From: a virus
Lineage: Duplodnaviria; Caudoviricetes
Virus record (IMG/VR): IMGVR_UViG_3300016722_000003
Span: 1 to 55,269 of that record
DNA length: 55,269 bases
Reading direction: 5' to 3' (one strand)
The notes beneath the pieces were generated by a model, which saw only the letters and a list, made by a program, of their open reading frames with translations, ran no database searches and was not told the origin of the DNA. Of the stretch, positions 27,402 through 36,843 are shown in pieces. The position numbers and the translations under genes are program-made. Positions within the stretch are counted from its first letter, which is position 1, and each line of letters starts with the position of its first letter.

Positions 27402-28664
27402 TTATTTCCTATTGCCAAAAATCTTGGCTAAGAAAGCGTCCTTACCTCTGTTATCTGCTTTTGCAAGTTCTGAAAAGTCGATTTTTTCGGGAACGCTTGT
27501 TGCTCCGGTACCAGGTTGCTCCACTACTTGTGGCTTAGCAGCAGGTGTCGGTGCTGTTTTCAAATTATTGTTTTGAGCATAAAAGTCAAGCCGTGTATCT
27601 TCATAATATTTTTTGAGGATTTCGCAACCTTCCGGAGTAATAGTTTTATTTTGATAAGCAGCAATAGTATCTGCTATTCTTTTTGCCTGTTCATAGGGCA
27701 ACGACTTGTAGCGACTAGCCATATAAACATCTATTTTTTCAAAATTAGGTTCTTTCGCACTCAAATCTTTAACGTAATTACTAATATCACGATAAATAGT
27801 CTCTTGCATATTTTTTTGTTGAGTTGCTTGCTGCTCTTTAGCTCTAATAGAGTTTTGAACTTGAATAATAATATCGTTCTTATGCCATTGAACCGCTGTT
27901 TTATAGTTGTTAAGCTTTTCTGCAATAGTTTCATCGTCAGTATATTCACCAGCCGCCAATTCCTCTGCAGTAAGTCCAACATCCTTTAAAGCCTTCTCTT
28001 TCGCAAGGCCGTCAACTTTCTCATAAAAAGTGGTCATATCCTGTTGTTTATTTACAGGTTGTTGTCCCTGTGGCAACTGTTGCTCTCCATTTACATTAGG
28101 ATTACTTTGTGCCGCCACCATTTCCTTACGCACCTTTAACTCTGCATACTGTTGTCGATAGGCAGCAGGTATACGACTCTCATCTACCATATTCATTTGC
28201 ATAGCAATAGCAAAATCTTGTGGTGTATATTCAGCAGGTGCTTGTGGTTGCTGTGGATTAACAACCGGTGCTACTAAACCCAAATTGTTGTTAGCATTAG
28301 CCTCTTGCCCTGGTATTTTATTTTCATTTGGTACCTGAACTGGTGTTGTAGGCGTTGTAGGGACAACATAATCTTTTGGTTTATCAGCAACATCTTCTAC
28401 TTTTTTACTATTAACTGGTTTTAATTCTCTAATTCCGGTCCTAGGATCTACAACAATAGCAAACCCACCTTGTTCTTCAGAACCTCTGTCACCTGTTGCA
28501 CTATTAGTATCAGGATTGCCAGTATTATTATTGGTATCAGTGCCACTAGTATTATTATCTGCACCATTACTTGTACTTGGTTCGGTTACAACTGTTTGCG
28601 TTTCTCCTGTTGCACCACCAACATTTACGCCGTCACCTTCATAAAACACTTGGAACTTTTTCAT
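27402..28664 (-). CDS. Capsid scaffolding protein
   Basis: Disordered N/T/P/Q-rich N-half and helical C-half, directly upstream of the capsid gene. Confidence 0.7.
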   Translation of the reverse strand: MKKFQVFYEGDGVNVGGATGETQTVVTEPSTSNGADNNTSGTDTNNNTGNPDTNSATGDRGSEEQGGFAIVVDPRTGIRELKPVNSKKVEDVADKPKDYVVPTTPTTPVQVPNENKIPGQEANANNNLGLVAPVVNPQQPQAPAEYTPQDFAIAMQMNMVDESRIPAAYRQQYAELKVRKEMVAAQSNPNVNGEQQLPQGQQPVNKQQDMTTFYEKVDGLAKEKALKDVGLTAEELAAGEYTDDETIAEKLNNYKTAVQWHKNDIIIQVQNSIRAKEQQATQQKNMQETIYRDISNYVKDLSAKEPNFEKIDVYMASRYKSLPYEQAKRIADTIAAYQNKTITPEGCEILKKYYEDTRLDFYAQNNNLKTAPTPAAKPQVVEQPGTGATSVPEKIDFSELAKADNRGKDAFLAKIFGNRK

Positions 28665-29131
28665 TATTCAACAATCCCCCAATCCTCTTCGAGAATATCG
28701 CTTTGAGAAGCAAGCCACATTTGATGTGAACCATCAGCGCAACGCATTTGAAGATATGGCCGGCATTTGAATAAATCTCCTTCTTTGTAACCATATGCTT
28801 TTGCAGTTTGAGCATTACAAGGAATACCTTGTGGATAGCCTTTTTGATATACAACAAACATCCCTTTACCATTCCACCCTTTACGAGTAATACGATGGCC
28901 TGCTTTAGCTGCCTCAACAGCTTGTCCAAACGTCATACAATTAATTTCACGGCTAACTTTTTCAAAGGCAACTTTAGGGCACCAAGACTCATAACCGTCA
29001 GCATAAACTAGGTGATAACCTTCCTCTTTACCGGTTTCATTTTCCGGTAACTTCCAACCACGATATGCGTTGTACGCACCAAGATTCATGGGTTCTGCCA
29101 TTACAACATTACTTCTGAAATACTTTTTCAT
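28664..29131 (-). CDS. DUF2829 / Tad2-like anti-defence protein with an extra N-terminal domain
   Basis: MTFGQA......G.RITRKGWNGKGMF...PYLQM.......W.ASQSDIL.EDW signature; N-terminal GY..VY.DGYESW.PK..FE domain. Confidence 0.8.
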   Translation of the reverse strand: MKKYFRSNVVMAEPMNLGAYNAYRGWKLPENETGKEEGYHLVYADGYESWCPKVAFEKVSREINCMTFGQAVEAAKAGHRITRKGWNGKGMFVVYQKGYPQGIPCNAQTAKAYGYKEGDLFKCRPYLQMRCADGSHQMWLASQSDILEEDWGIVE

Positions 29132-29472
29132 GCTTTCTCTCTCCTTTTTTGTCTTTCATCTATTAGTTTGGCTTGCTTTTCCTTGGCGCGCTTACCTTCG
29201 CTTACTGCATTTCTAACCTTAGAAGTGAAATTAATAGCCGCCATGTAATAGAGTCTCACATCATCGGCCGCAATTTCTTGGTTTCTTAACTTCTCAAGTA
29301 CCAGTTCTTCGGTGTCGTCCATAAAAGCTTCCACAAACTCTATAATACTTTCTGCCTTAATACCTATATTGATAGGCACTTGTAAATCAGAAATACGCTC
29401 TTTAGACTTAGCATAATCATTGTCTATAGAGCGTATCTTTCTTCTCATATTCGGTTGTCTTAGCCTATGCAT
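29128..29472 (-). CDS. Hypothetical helical protein after the portal gene
   Basis: Overlaps both neighbours in the operon. Confidence 0.7.
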   Translation of the reverse strand: MHRLRQPNMRRKIRSIDNDYAKSKERISDLQVPINIGIKAESIIEFVEAFMDDTEELVLEKLRNQEIAADDVRLYYMAAINFTSKVRNAVSEGKRAKEKQAKLIDERQKRREKA

Positions 29473-31669
29473 GGTTCATAATCTCCTTTGTTGCTATAGC
29501 ATTTGCAGATGATGGAATCCCATTGGCCGCTAGTGCCTTTTGCTTTGCATCTACAGGTAAGTCACGGTAATTTACAGACATATGAGGCTGCCTTGCCTTC
29601 TCAACATCGGCTTGCAACTTGGCCTGTATTAACTGCACCTGCTCTTGCTTGGCTTGCTGTTGGGCTTGCTGAGCTTGTTGTTGCATTTGTTTTGCTTGCT
29701 CACTATTTGGATCAATGAGATAATTTTGAACATTTCTTATGCCCATCTTTTCAAGCAAATCCTTCACAATTTCATACCAACTATTAGCATTTACTATTCC
29801 TGTTGCAGCTAATTGCGGGTAAATCTGATTGATAAGCAGCATGAGGTATTGTATTTGAGCTTCCTTCGTGCCGGCTCCCTGTCCAATATTGATAATAAGG
29901 TCATAATCAATATCCAAATCTTCTTTTTTAATTGTTACTTGCTCATTAGTGAGACGAACTATAGTCTCGCCGTCCAAATATTTTTGGTTTAAAAGTATCA
30001 AATACTTCATCATAGGTACAAAGAAACTATCAACCATGCTGCGGGCCGTATTCTTATGACGTTTTTCCGAAGCCCCCATAATAGCAGTTATACCTGTCGC
30101 AGTCTTATTAAGGCTGTTACTATCTAACCCTTGGTTATACTTCGTACTTCCACTCTGGCTCTCTATTTCATTTTGAGCGTATTGCACAACTGTCATTGCA
30201 AGGTTGTTAAATGGTAATTGCGGCGGTGTATAAACAGCATTTGAGACATTTTCCGCATCAACCATAACGAATTCGTCCCCGTCAATAACAGCGTCCATAT
30301 CAACCCCTTTGGGATTTAGGAACGTTCTAGGGGTATTGTTTTTTGCTAAATTAACTATAAGCTGACGGAATATAGCTGTTTTTAGATCCTGTTGCTGTAT
30401 TAAATTATCACAAAGGCCTTCTTTTTCATTGAAAACAGTATGTGGTGAAGGCTTGCTTTGGCAAATAAAGAAGGGTGCTAGTTCCAAATCATTTTTTGCA
30501 ATCCTAATTGGAGTATTGCCAATAGCGTGAACAATAACGCTCTCCATTATGCCGTCATTGTTGTAATCAACATCAAGATAGGCCTCATAAAGTTCAATTT
30601 CACTGGAAGCATTATCGTGGTCGCTAATTTTATCGCCAATAGTTTCAAGTTCTTTGTTCTTATCAGTATCAAAGTTCGTAGCTTTAGTATCGCCCTTACC
30701 ATTTTCTATAGCCTCGTCAATATTACTGTATGTGCCTTCACGCTCTTTGCGTTTTAAATAGTCTCCTGTAACGATTTTACGATGCGCCTTAAACTTTACG
30801 CTCTGTATCGTATTGGAATCAGGTGTATATCTAAGCTCAGAAGGTGGCATATAGGCAACTACAGGAAAATCAGCAGTAACAACAATCTTTTCAAAGGTTA
30901 CTACTGCCAAATCGGGAGCATCCTTTAAAGGTTTAGAACTGATAACCTCAATATGTCCTTGCTGTTCTTCTTGATACATAAAAGTAAGCAAATCAGCATT
31001 GTCTTGACTAACTAAAAGCTCATAACGTTCTCTTTTTTCTTCTCGTTTCCAAGAAACCTTTGCTACTGCGTAGTTAAGAATAAGAGCGTCCCTCATGATA
31101 AACTCAACGAAAGAAGTGTAATTGTTTTTGCGCTGTAATTGATATTTCACTAGCTGCTGTATCTTGGCAGCACGCTCATCATCTTCAATGTTTACTCCTT
31201 GCACATCCATTGGATCATCACTACCGCAAAACACTTCCATATACGAAGGAATAAGACAATCAATAGTCGTTAATATATCCCGGCTACAAAACTTAGACGT
31301 TTCAGATAACACAGGAAAACGTTTCTTGTAATATTCCTCTGTGGCAAGATACTCATCTAAACGTTCTTTCAGTTTAGGTTCTATAGTATTTTTATAATAC
31401 TGGTCGGCAACGTCCTTGCATTTAGTAAAGACCTGCATTATTTTAGCTTTTTCAGAACTTTTCAAAGTCTTTAGACTTATTTCTTTAGTATCTTCATTCT
31501 CAACACTTTTCGCATTTTTTAAAAGCAAATCGAGTGGTGTCATAGGCGGTGCTTGTGGTTGTGTCTGTCCAGGCATTCCAGTTTGCTGAGGTTGCATTGT
31601 ATTTGCCTGTCCACCTGCCATAGTTGCCTGTGCTGCTCCCAATTGTTGATTTATATTTGAGTTTTCCAT
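29465..31669 (-). CDS. Portal protein (podovirus-type)
   Basis: 734 aa after TerL; SG.T.YNQG......KTATGI motif and Q-rich C-terminal coiled coil. Confidence 0.9.
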   Translation of the reverse strand: MENSNINQQLGAAQATMAGGQANTMQPQQTGMPGQTQPQAPPMTPLDLLLKNAKSVENEDTKEISLKTLKSSEKAKIMQVFTKCKDVADQYYKNTIEPKLKERLDEYLATEEYYKKRFPVLSETSKFCSRDILTTIDCLIPSYMEVFCGSDDPMDVQGVNIEDDERAAKIQQLVKYQLQRKNNYTSFVEFIMRDALILNYAVAKVSWKREEKRERYELLVSQDNADLLTFMYQEEQQGHIEVISSKPLKDAPDLAVVTFEKIVVTADFPVVAYMPPSELRYTPDSNTIQSVKFKAHRKIVTGDYLKRKEREGTYSNIDEAIENGKGDTKATNFDTDKNKELETIGDKISDHDNASSEIELYEAYLDVDYNNDGIMESVIVHAIGNTPIRIAKNDLELAPFFICQSKPSPHTVFNEKEGLCDNLIQQQDLKTAIFRQLIVNLAKNNTPRTFLNPKGVDMDAVIDGDEFVMVDAENVSNAVYTPPQLPFNNLAMTVVQYAQNEIESQSGSTKYNQGLDSNSLNKTATGITAIMGASEKRHKNTARSMVDSFFVPMMKYLILLNQKYLDGETIVRLTNEQVTIKKEDLDIDYDLIINIGQGAGTKEAQIQYLMLLINQIYPQLAATGIVNANSWYEIVKDLLEKMGIRNVQNYLIDPNSEQAKQMQQQAQQAQQQAKQEQVQLIQAKLQADVEKARQPHMSVNYRDLPVDAKQKALAANGIPSSANAIATKEIMNHA

Positions 31670-31680
31670 GTTATCACACC

Positions 31681-31983
31681 TTAGTCGAAGTATTCTGCTA
31701 GAATAACGGAAACATCAGCGGCAGCAGTCACATAGATGTTATCTGTCGATAACGAAAGTACAGGCAAAATCTTACTGTCTCCTGCTTTAATTGGCAATCC
31801 ATTTTCTACATTAACATCCTTATCGCCTAAATAAATAGGCTGGTCAGAAGTGTTAGAAACCTCAATAGCTGTCCTTCCCACACGTTGATTAGCTAATACC
31901 CTTTCACTTGCCAAAACAATAGGTGAATTAGCTGCAATATTAAGCTTAGTTGTTTTAATACATCCAATGTCATTTAAAAACAT
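31681..31983 (-). CDS. Small beta-rich phage protein
   Basis: N.S...IYLG...V..ENG.PI.AG pattern. Confidence 0.65.
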   Translation of the reverse strand: MFLNDIGCIKTTKLNIAANSPIVLASERVLANQRVGRTAIEVSNTSDQPIYLGDKDVNVENGLPIKAGDSKILPVLSLSTDNIYVTAAADVSVILAEYFD

Positions 31984-32062
31984 ACTTATCACTCCTTCCA
32001 TTTCAAGAATAATTTAAATTTAACGTACCACCAAAGGTCTTCAAACCACCTGACTATTCTCA

Positions 32063-33553
32063 TTACATGGCACCAACCTTCTTTATTCTTCCGGCAGCCT
32101 TTGCCGTTTTGTATTTTGAATTCTTGTTGAGCCTAACCGGATGTGCAAAAGTTAATGCTAATGCATCGCCGTAGTTAGGTGACGGAATACCTCTAGCCTT
32201 CATATCGTCCTTACTTTCCAATTGGAACTTACCGCGAGTGTTTATGTATGCTTCAGGAGCTATCAAGTCATTGTAAATAACCTGATTGTCTTCAATTGCC
32301 CCACCTTCTTTTAACCAATCACGCATCTTGCTCCACATTTCAGCACGAATATTTTGATAATAATCATCTTCCGGAGAACTATTAAATGGTATTAGAACCC
32401 AATTATCGCCACGGCCCATAGTCTTTAGGGCAGAATAAATACCTGTACCGTAGCCTTGGTCAATAAAGCCTGTGTTCATGCCATATTTATCTTCAAAAGC
32501 CGCCAACTTACCGGCAATCAAAACATCATTATCATTTTTAGGAATAGCCATTAAAACCTTACTGTAGTTTCCCTGTCGCATATAAACTACTAACATATCA
32601 GCACCCTTCCAAGCAGGATCTACACCGAATAAAATCGGCGCAAAATTATAACTAGTCAAAGCAAGTAGCTTGTATCTTTCCTGTGCTGCTGTTGCAATTT
32701 CTGTAGAAATTAATTGGTGGTCACCTGCAGAGGGAAACATGCCACGAACACGAACCTTAACGAAGTCGCTATCTTCGCCATAGGTCTCAATCCACTTTTG
32801 AATAGTTGTCTTGTTACTTATGGCGACTGCACGGCTATCTATCTGTCGTCCATGCCATATATTCCTTAACTTGTGAAAGCAATCATAAAACCACCCACTA
32901 TTTCTAGTCCCATTACCAAAGCAACACCATATAATCTCGGTGTCCTTATCTGTAGTAGCACCTTCTACAACTTCCCAAATACAATTAGCAATTGCTGATG
33001 CCTCATCAAATATGATAAGAATTCTCTTTTTTTGATTGTGCAAGCCGGCAAATGCCTCTGGATTAGCTTCTGACCACGCAATAGCATCTATGCGCCAAGT
33101 TTTCTCATGCTCTTTATCGCTAGAATAGTAAGCCGTTGCCGTATAAACGAATAAATCCTTGCCAATGAATAAGCGATGCCATTTTGCTAATTCGGCCCAC
33201 GTCTTAGTCATAAGCTGCTTTTCAGTATTTGCCGTAACGACACCTTTGGTATCTTCAAAAGTAGATATTGCCCAATGAATAATCCAAGCAACTAATGCAG
33301 ACTTACCAATGCCATGTCCGGAAGCAACAACTTCTTGTATTACCTGGTTAGGTGTTTTTAATCCATCTCTTATGTAACCTAGTTCCTCTAATTGCCACTC
33401 TTGAGGTTCCTGTCCCTCTAGCTCACCTTCACCCCAAGGATATGCTGCCCACACAAAACCTACTGGATCATGCGTGAATTCAGCTAAAAATTCTATAATA
33501 GCAATCTTTGCCTTATACTCCTCATTCTGAATGTTGCTGCTTTTCCTTGCCAT
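32063..33553 (-). CDS. terL: Terminase large subunit
   Basis: Walker A ASGHGIGKS, Walker B IIFDEAS, nuclease motifs GVDPA and SPNYGDAL. Confidence 0.95.
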   Translation of the reverse strand: MARKSSNIQNEEYKAKIAIIEFLAEFTHDPVGFVWAAYPWGEGELEGQEPQEWQLEELGYIRDGLKTPNQVIQEVVASGHGIGKSALVAWIIHWAISTFEDTKGVVTANTEKQLMTKTWAELAKWHRLFIGKDLFVYTATAYYSSDKEHEKTWRIDAIAWSEANPEAFAGLHNQKKRILIIFDEASAIANCIWEVVEGATTDKDTEIIWCCFGNGTRNSGWFYDCFHKLRNIWHGRQIDSRAVAISNKTTIQKWIETYGEDSDFVKVRVRGMFPSAGDHQLISTEIATAAQERYKLLALTSYNFAPILFGVDPAWKGADMLVVYMRQGNYSKVLMAIPKNDNDVLIAGKLAAFEDKYGMNTGFIDQGYGTGIYSALKTMGRGDNWVLIPFNSSPEDDYYQNIRAEMWSKMRDWLKEGGAIEDNQVIYNDLIAPEAYINTRGKFQLESKDDMKARGIPSPNYGDALALTFAHPVRLNKNSKYKTAKAAGRIKKVGAM

Positions 33554-34139
33554 TTTTTACACGCTCCCTAGCTGCCTTTAACGCATCAGCAATACCAATA
33601 TTGCCGGTGAGTTCAACTTTCTCAGTAAACATACCAAGATGTTTCCCTAGCAGTTCCAAAGCCCCAGTTGCTCCCTTAGCATTGAACTGATAAACAGCCG
33701 CTACTTCTGTTTTATCTACAGCTTTTCTCACGGATGTAGTAACCTTTTCGCCCCTAATATCAAGGACAGGAGTTCCCTCTTTGCTACATCTAACAACGTC
33801 AACTAGTTCTCGTATTACCCAATCGCTATCAATATCAGTCCTCATAATTCTTCTGGCCATTAGTTCATCAATGCGCCACTGAAATTGTTTATGAAGTCTA
33901 TACCCAATTTTTTCAGCAGTAAAAGGACTATAACCGGCACGAATAGCAGCGTTTTTTGCACACAAGTCAATAATGAATTCACGGCAAAACATATCTTGCT
34001 GCTCATTTATCTTCGGACGCTTTTCTTCTTTTTCTACAACAGGTTTCTTTGTGGAAACCTTGGTAATTTTCTTAGTACTTTTTGCTGAAACTGCTTTTTT
34101 TGCTTTTTTCACTGTTTTCTCGGTGGTTGCCTCTGTCAT
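33522..34139 (-). CDS. terS: Terminase small subunit
   Basis: FCREFIIDL.A..AAIRAGYS and ALELLGKHLGMFTEK motifs. Confidence 0.92.
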   Translation of the reverse strand: MTEATTEKTVKKAKKAVSAKSTKKITKVSTKKPVVEKEEKRPKINEQQDMFCREFIIDLCAKNAAIRAGYSPFTAEKIGYRLHKQFQWRIDELMARRIMRTDIDSDWVIRELVDVVRCSKEGTPVLDIRGEKVTTSVRKAVDKTEVAAVYQFNAKGATGALELLGKHLGMFTEKVELTGNIGIADALKAARERVKNGKEKQQHSE

Positions 34140-34172
34140 GGCTCTCACTCCCTTTCTTCTGATAAATTCGTG

Positions 34173-34238
34173 AAAAAACCGCCTTCATATTTCGCTTCTG
34201 AGACGATTTAAAAAGGCGGTGCTTATGTTTGTACCTGT
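34173..34238 (-). repeat. Structured ~66-nt element, copy 1 (conserved leader, hairpin, U-tract)
   Basis: Minus strand ACAGGTACAAACATAAGC-ACCGCCTT...AAGGCGGT-TTTTT; homologous to 35383..35449. Confidence 0.8.
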
Positions 34239-34241
34239 GGT

Positions 34242-34832
34242 TTAGCAGGTCTTTTTTGAGTTTTCAATATTCTCACTTTTAACTGATAAAAACTTGTCTT
34301 TTATGTAGTCAGGAATGAATTTATCTATCTGGTCACGCCATAATAAATATTGATTTCGATTTATATAATTTGTAGCAGCATAAAGAGGATTTAGATACCA
34401 CTGTTCTTCCGTTGTTCCTTTATCGTCTAAATTAACAACCACATATCTGATAAGAGACAGCGACAAAAGCTTGTCCAAAAATTCTCTTCCTCTTCTACTA
34501 CTATCAAAACCCATGTATTCATACAAATCATTTCTTTGCAAAGGCAAAACTGCTCGGTTAACCACTTTAGCCAAAACTCCTGTATCTTGCCATATCAATC
34601 TCGTTAACCGATAAACCCTTCCCAACTCCGAATTGTTTAGCTGTTGCAATAGGTCAATATCAACGTCAAGACGAATCAGCTTCTTGCTCCTTGCCCTAAA
34701 ACGATAACCCTTCTGTTCATCAAAATAGCCTCTGCTGTGAAAATCATTGCAGCTAGTAAACTTGCTTACGACTTCACCGGTGCTCTTATCCACTATAATT
34801 TTTACGTTCTCAACCGAATACTTATTGCTCAT
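34242..34832 (-). CDS. RepL-like winged-helix protein
   Basis: N-terminal VDKSTGEV, central HTH-like region and WYLNP motif resemble Firmicutes RepL-type proteins. Confidence 0.55.
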   Translation of the reverse strand: MSNKYSVENVKIIVDKSTGEVVSKFTSCNDFHSRGYFDEQKGYRFRARSKKLIRLDVDIDLLQQLNNSELGRVYRLTRLIWQDTGVLAKVVNRAVLPLQRNDLYEYMGFDSSRRGREFLDKLLSLSLIRYVVVNLDDKGTTEEQWYLNPLYAATNYINRNQYLLWRDQIDKFIPDYIKDKFLSVKSENIENSKKTC

Positions 34833-34852
34833 AAAACACACCTTCTTTTAAG

Positions 34853-34900
34853 GTGACAAAACTATACACTTTTTGGCCTTTTTTTGTACCCTTTTGTCAC
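34853..34900. promoter_or_regulatory. Inverted repeat GTGACAAAA-N30-TTTTGTCAC upstream of the RepL-like gene
   Basis: Perfect 9-bp inverted repeat; its role is inferred. Confidence 0.5.
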
Positions 34901-35061
34901 ACCAAAAATAGGCTCAAACACGCACCGTTAAGCCATTTTTAAAAAATTGACCTACAAAGTTGTATTATATATATTATTATGCAACTTTGCTGTTTTGATT
35001 TTTGGTTCTCTATACACGTGGGAAATAAACAATTCTCTACTTAAACATGGGCGCCGATACC

Positions 35062-35346
35062 TCAACCGATCCGCTGTACCGTCTTCCCATTTTCAAGTAA
35101 ATATACTTCCTTATCTAAAATGTAGACCGCCTTATCGTCTATGATGATAACCTTAACTCTGATCTCTTTATCAGAATCGCTATTACCTAACTCATCATTA
35201 AGTGCACAAGTAATAACATGATGTTCTGTAATTCCACATTCGTTAAACAACTCATCTAAGTTAGTTATTGTTAATACCTTAGACGATATTTTTTTACCCT
35301 CGACAAATACCCACTCACCGTTATTGCCTTTATACTGTAATATCAT
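35062..35346 (-). CDS. Hypothetical protein
   Basis: ATG with a purine-rich RBS; VYLL.NGKT..RI C-terminus. Confidence 0.65.
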   Translation of the reverse strand: MILQYKGNNGEWVFVEGKKISSKVLTITNLDELFNECGITEHHVITCALNDELGNSDSDKEIRVKVIIIDDKAVYILDKEVYLLENGKTVQRIG

Positions 35347-35382
35347 TTTATGTTGCCTTCTCTCTCAAATCGATTATGCATT

Positions 35383-35449
35383 AAAAAAGCCGTCTTTAAA
35401 TTCGCTGTATAAGCGTTTTTAAAAAGACGGCCTTTATGTTTGTACCTGT
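35383..35449 (-). repeat. Structured ~67-nt element, copy 2
   Basis: Minus strand ACAGGTACAAACATAAAG-GCCGTCTTT...AAAGACGGC-TTTTTT. Confidence 0.8.
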
Positions 35450-35560
35450 AAAACCTAACTAACAAGGCAGAATAACCCTCAATAAGTATTCTGCCTTACT
35501 TAATTAGGCAGGAGGAAATACATGTATGTAAACGGCGACATTTACCGTTACATCGATAAT

Positions 35561-35593
35561 AAAAAAGCAACAAGACTGAAAAGTCCCGTTGCT
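35561..35593 (-). terminator. Promoter-proximal terminator in the late leader
   Basis: Minus strand AGCAACGGGACT-TTTC-AGTCTTGTTGCT-TTTTT. Confidence 0.75.
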
Positions 35594-35623
35594 AATTTGT
35601 TTTATATATAATTTTACAGTTTG

Positions 35624-35652
35624 ATTATAACATAGCTAAAAATGGTTGTCTA
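35624..35652 (-). promoter_or_regulatory. Putative late promoter
   Basis: TAGACA-17 nt-TATAAT with a TG extension, downstream of the late-regulator gene. Confidence 0.7.
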
Positions 35653-35851
35653 TTCCAGGAATGAAAATATGGAATATTTTTGGAAATTGATGGGACCAAA
35701 CTACCGTCTTTTATTGCTGCCAAGAACCTTGAATCCTACATTTCGCCTAAGTTTTTGGCAAGGACCAAGCCTATTTCCTATATGGATGGTTCTACGGTCA
35801 AAACAGGTTACTTAGCAACAATACTTCCATCTATTTGTGTAATAATTAACC

Positions 35852-36343
35852 TTATTTAAGCCCTTTTCTCATATTACTAAACGGCGATAAAACACCATAT
35901 CCTACAGCACAAAGCTCTGCGAAATGTAAAATATCCTTGCACATCATATAGTAAGCCGTCTTGCTTATGTTCATGGCCTTGCACGTCTTATGAAAATCCT
36001 CTTTTAAATCATACTTTCTTGTAATTATCTCACCCTTTGGTACTCCTTTATAGTGCTCTCTAACCGTATCTACTACCATTATCCACGCTTCCGGACGAGA
36101 TATAACTCTTCCGTGGCAAGTGCGTTTATTGTTTGTAAAAGTCCAATATTCAACATATACCCTATTCAGCTCACAAGCATTTCTGATTGCCCTTATGGCC
36201 GTTGTATCGCTCACAAGGCTATGCCCACTTCCATTACCACCAGTCTTAACTGCACCACCTGGATCAAGCCGTTTAGCTACTATTGCCCTTTTTATATCGT
36301 CATACTGATTAAAAACAAATTCTATTAGTTCATCATTTAGCAA
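35852..36343 (-). CDS. Late transcription regulator (ArpU/RinA-like)
   Basis: G.G....SD.T...A motif and C-terminal HTH (ISKTAYY); last early gene before the late promoter. Confidence 0.7.
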   Translation of the reverse strand: MLNDELIEFVFNQYDDIKRAIVAKRLDPGGAVKTGGNGSGHSLVSDTTAIRAIRNACELNRVYVEYWTFTNNKRTCHGRVISRPEAWIMVVDTVREHYKGVPKGEIITRKYDLKEDFHKTCKAMNISKTAYYMMCKDILHFAELCAVGYGVLSPFSNMRKGLK

Positions 36344-36358
36344 AACTCAACACCTCGA

Positions 36359-36838
36359 TTACCACAATATCTCCCTAAAATCAATGCCTGGGTACTTACA
36401 CAGTAACAACTTCTTTTTAATACAATAAACAGCGTCTTTCTTTGTTGCCTCACTCTTTACGTCAACAATATATTCGTGGCCACTAGCTTCTCGTACCCTA
36501 AAATCAGCTTTATAGCTTATAGCCCTTATGGTTTTACCTTCTCTTTTAAACTTTGGCTGTAAAACAAATTTTGGCTGCAACTCAAAGCTTTTTATTGCGC
36601 CGGCCCTTTGCAGCAACTTTAGTGTTAAGTAATAATTAGCTTCGTCCTGACTATCGAAAGTTATATCATCTACTATGGTCTTTTTGTTGTTATATTTGGT
36701 CTTTTTCTTTTCAGGAGCAAGAACAGGGACCGTAATTGCAAAGACATGCTTTTTAATTACAGTCCCATTTATCGAATGCACTCTGCCCCTATTTATTAAA
36801 TCCTGCAGCTCCGACTCTTCACAATTCCAGTGTGTCAA
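36359..36838 (-). CDS. DUF1064 family endonuclease
   Basis: KYNNKK...DDITFDS..EA.YY, LQPKF, Y.ADF and VDVKS motifs. Confidence 0.85.
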   Translation of the reverse strand: MTHWNCEESELQDLINRGRVHSINGTVIKKHVFAITVPVLAPEKKKTKYNNKKTIVDDITFDSQDEANYYLTLKLLQRAGAIKSFELQPKFVLQPKFKREGKTIRAISYKADFRVREASGHEYIVDVKSEATKKDAVYCIKKKLLLCKYPGIDFREILW

Positions 36839-36843
36839 CTACA

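Noticed and set aside
28639-28929. Alternative-frame ORF inside the Tad2-like gene
   Set aside because: No motif or RBS; the overlapping frame carries the clear family signature.
35660-35850. Possible small gene or ncRNA after the late regulator
   Set aside because: Only very short ORFs and no convincing stable structure by eye.
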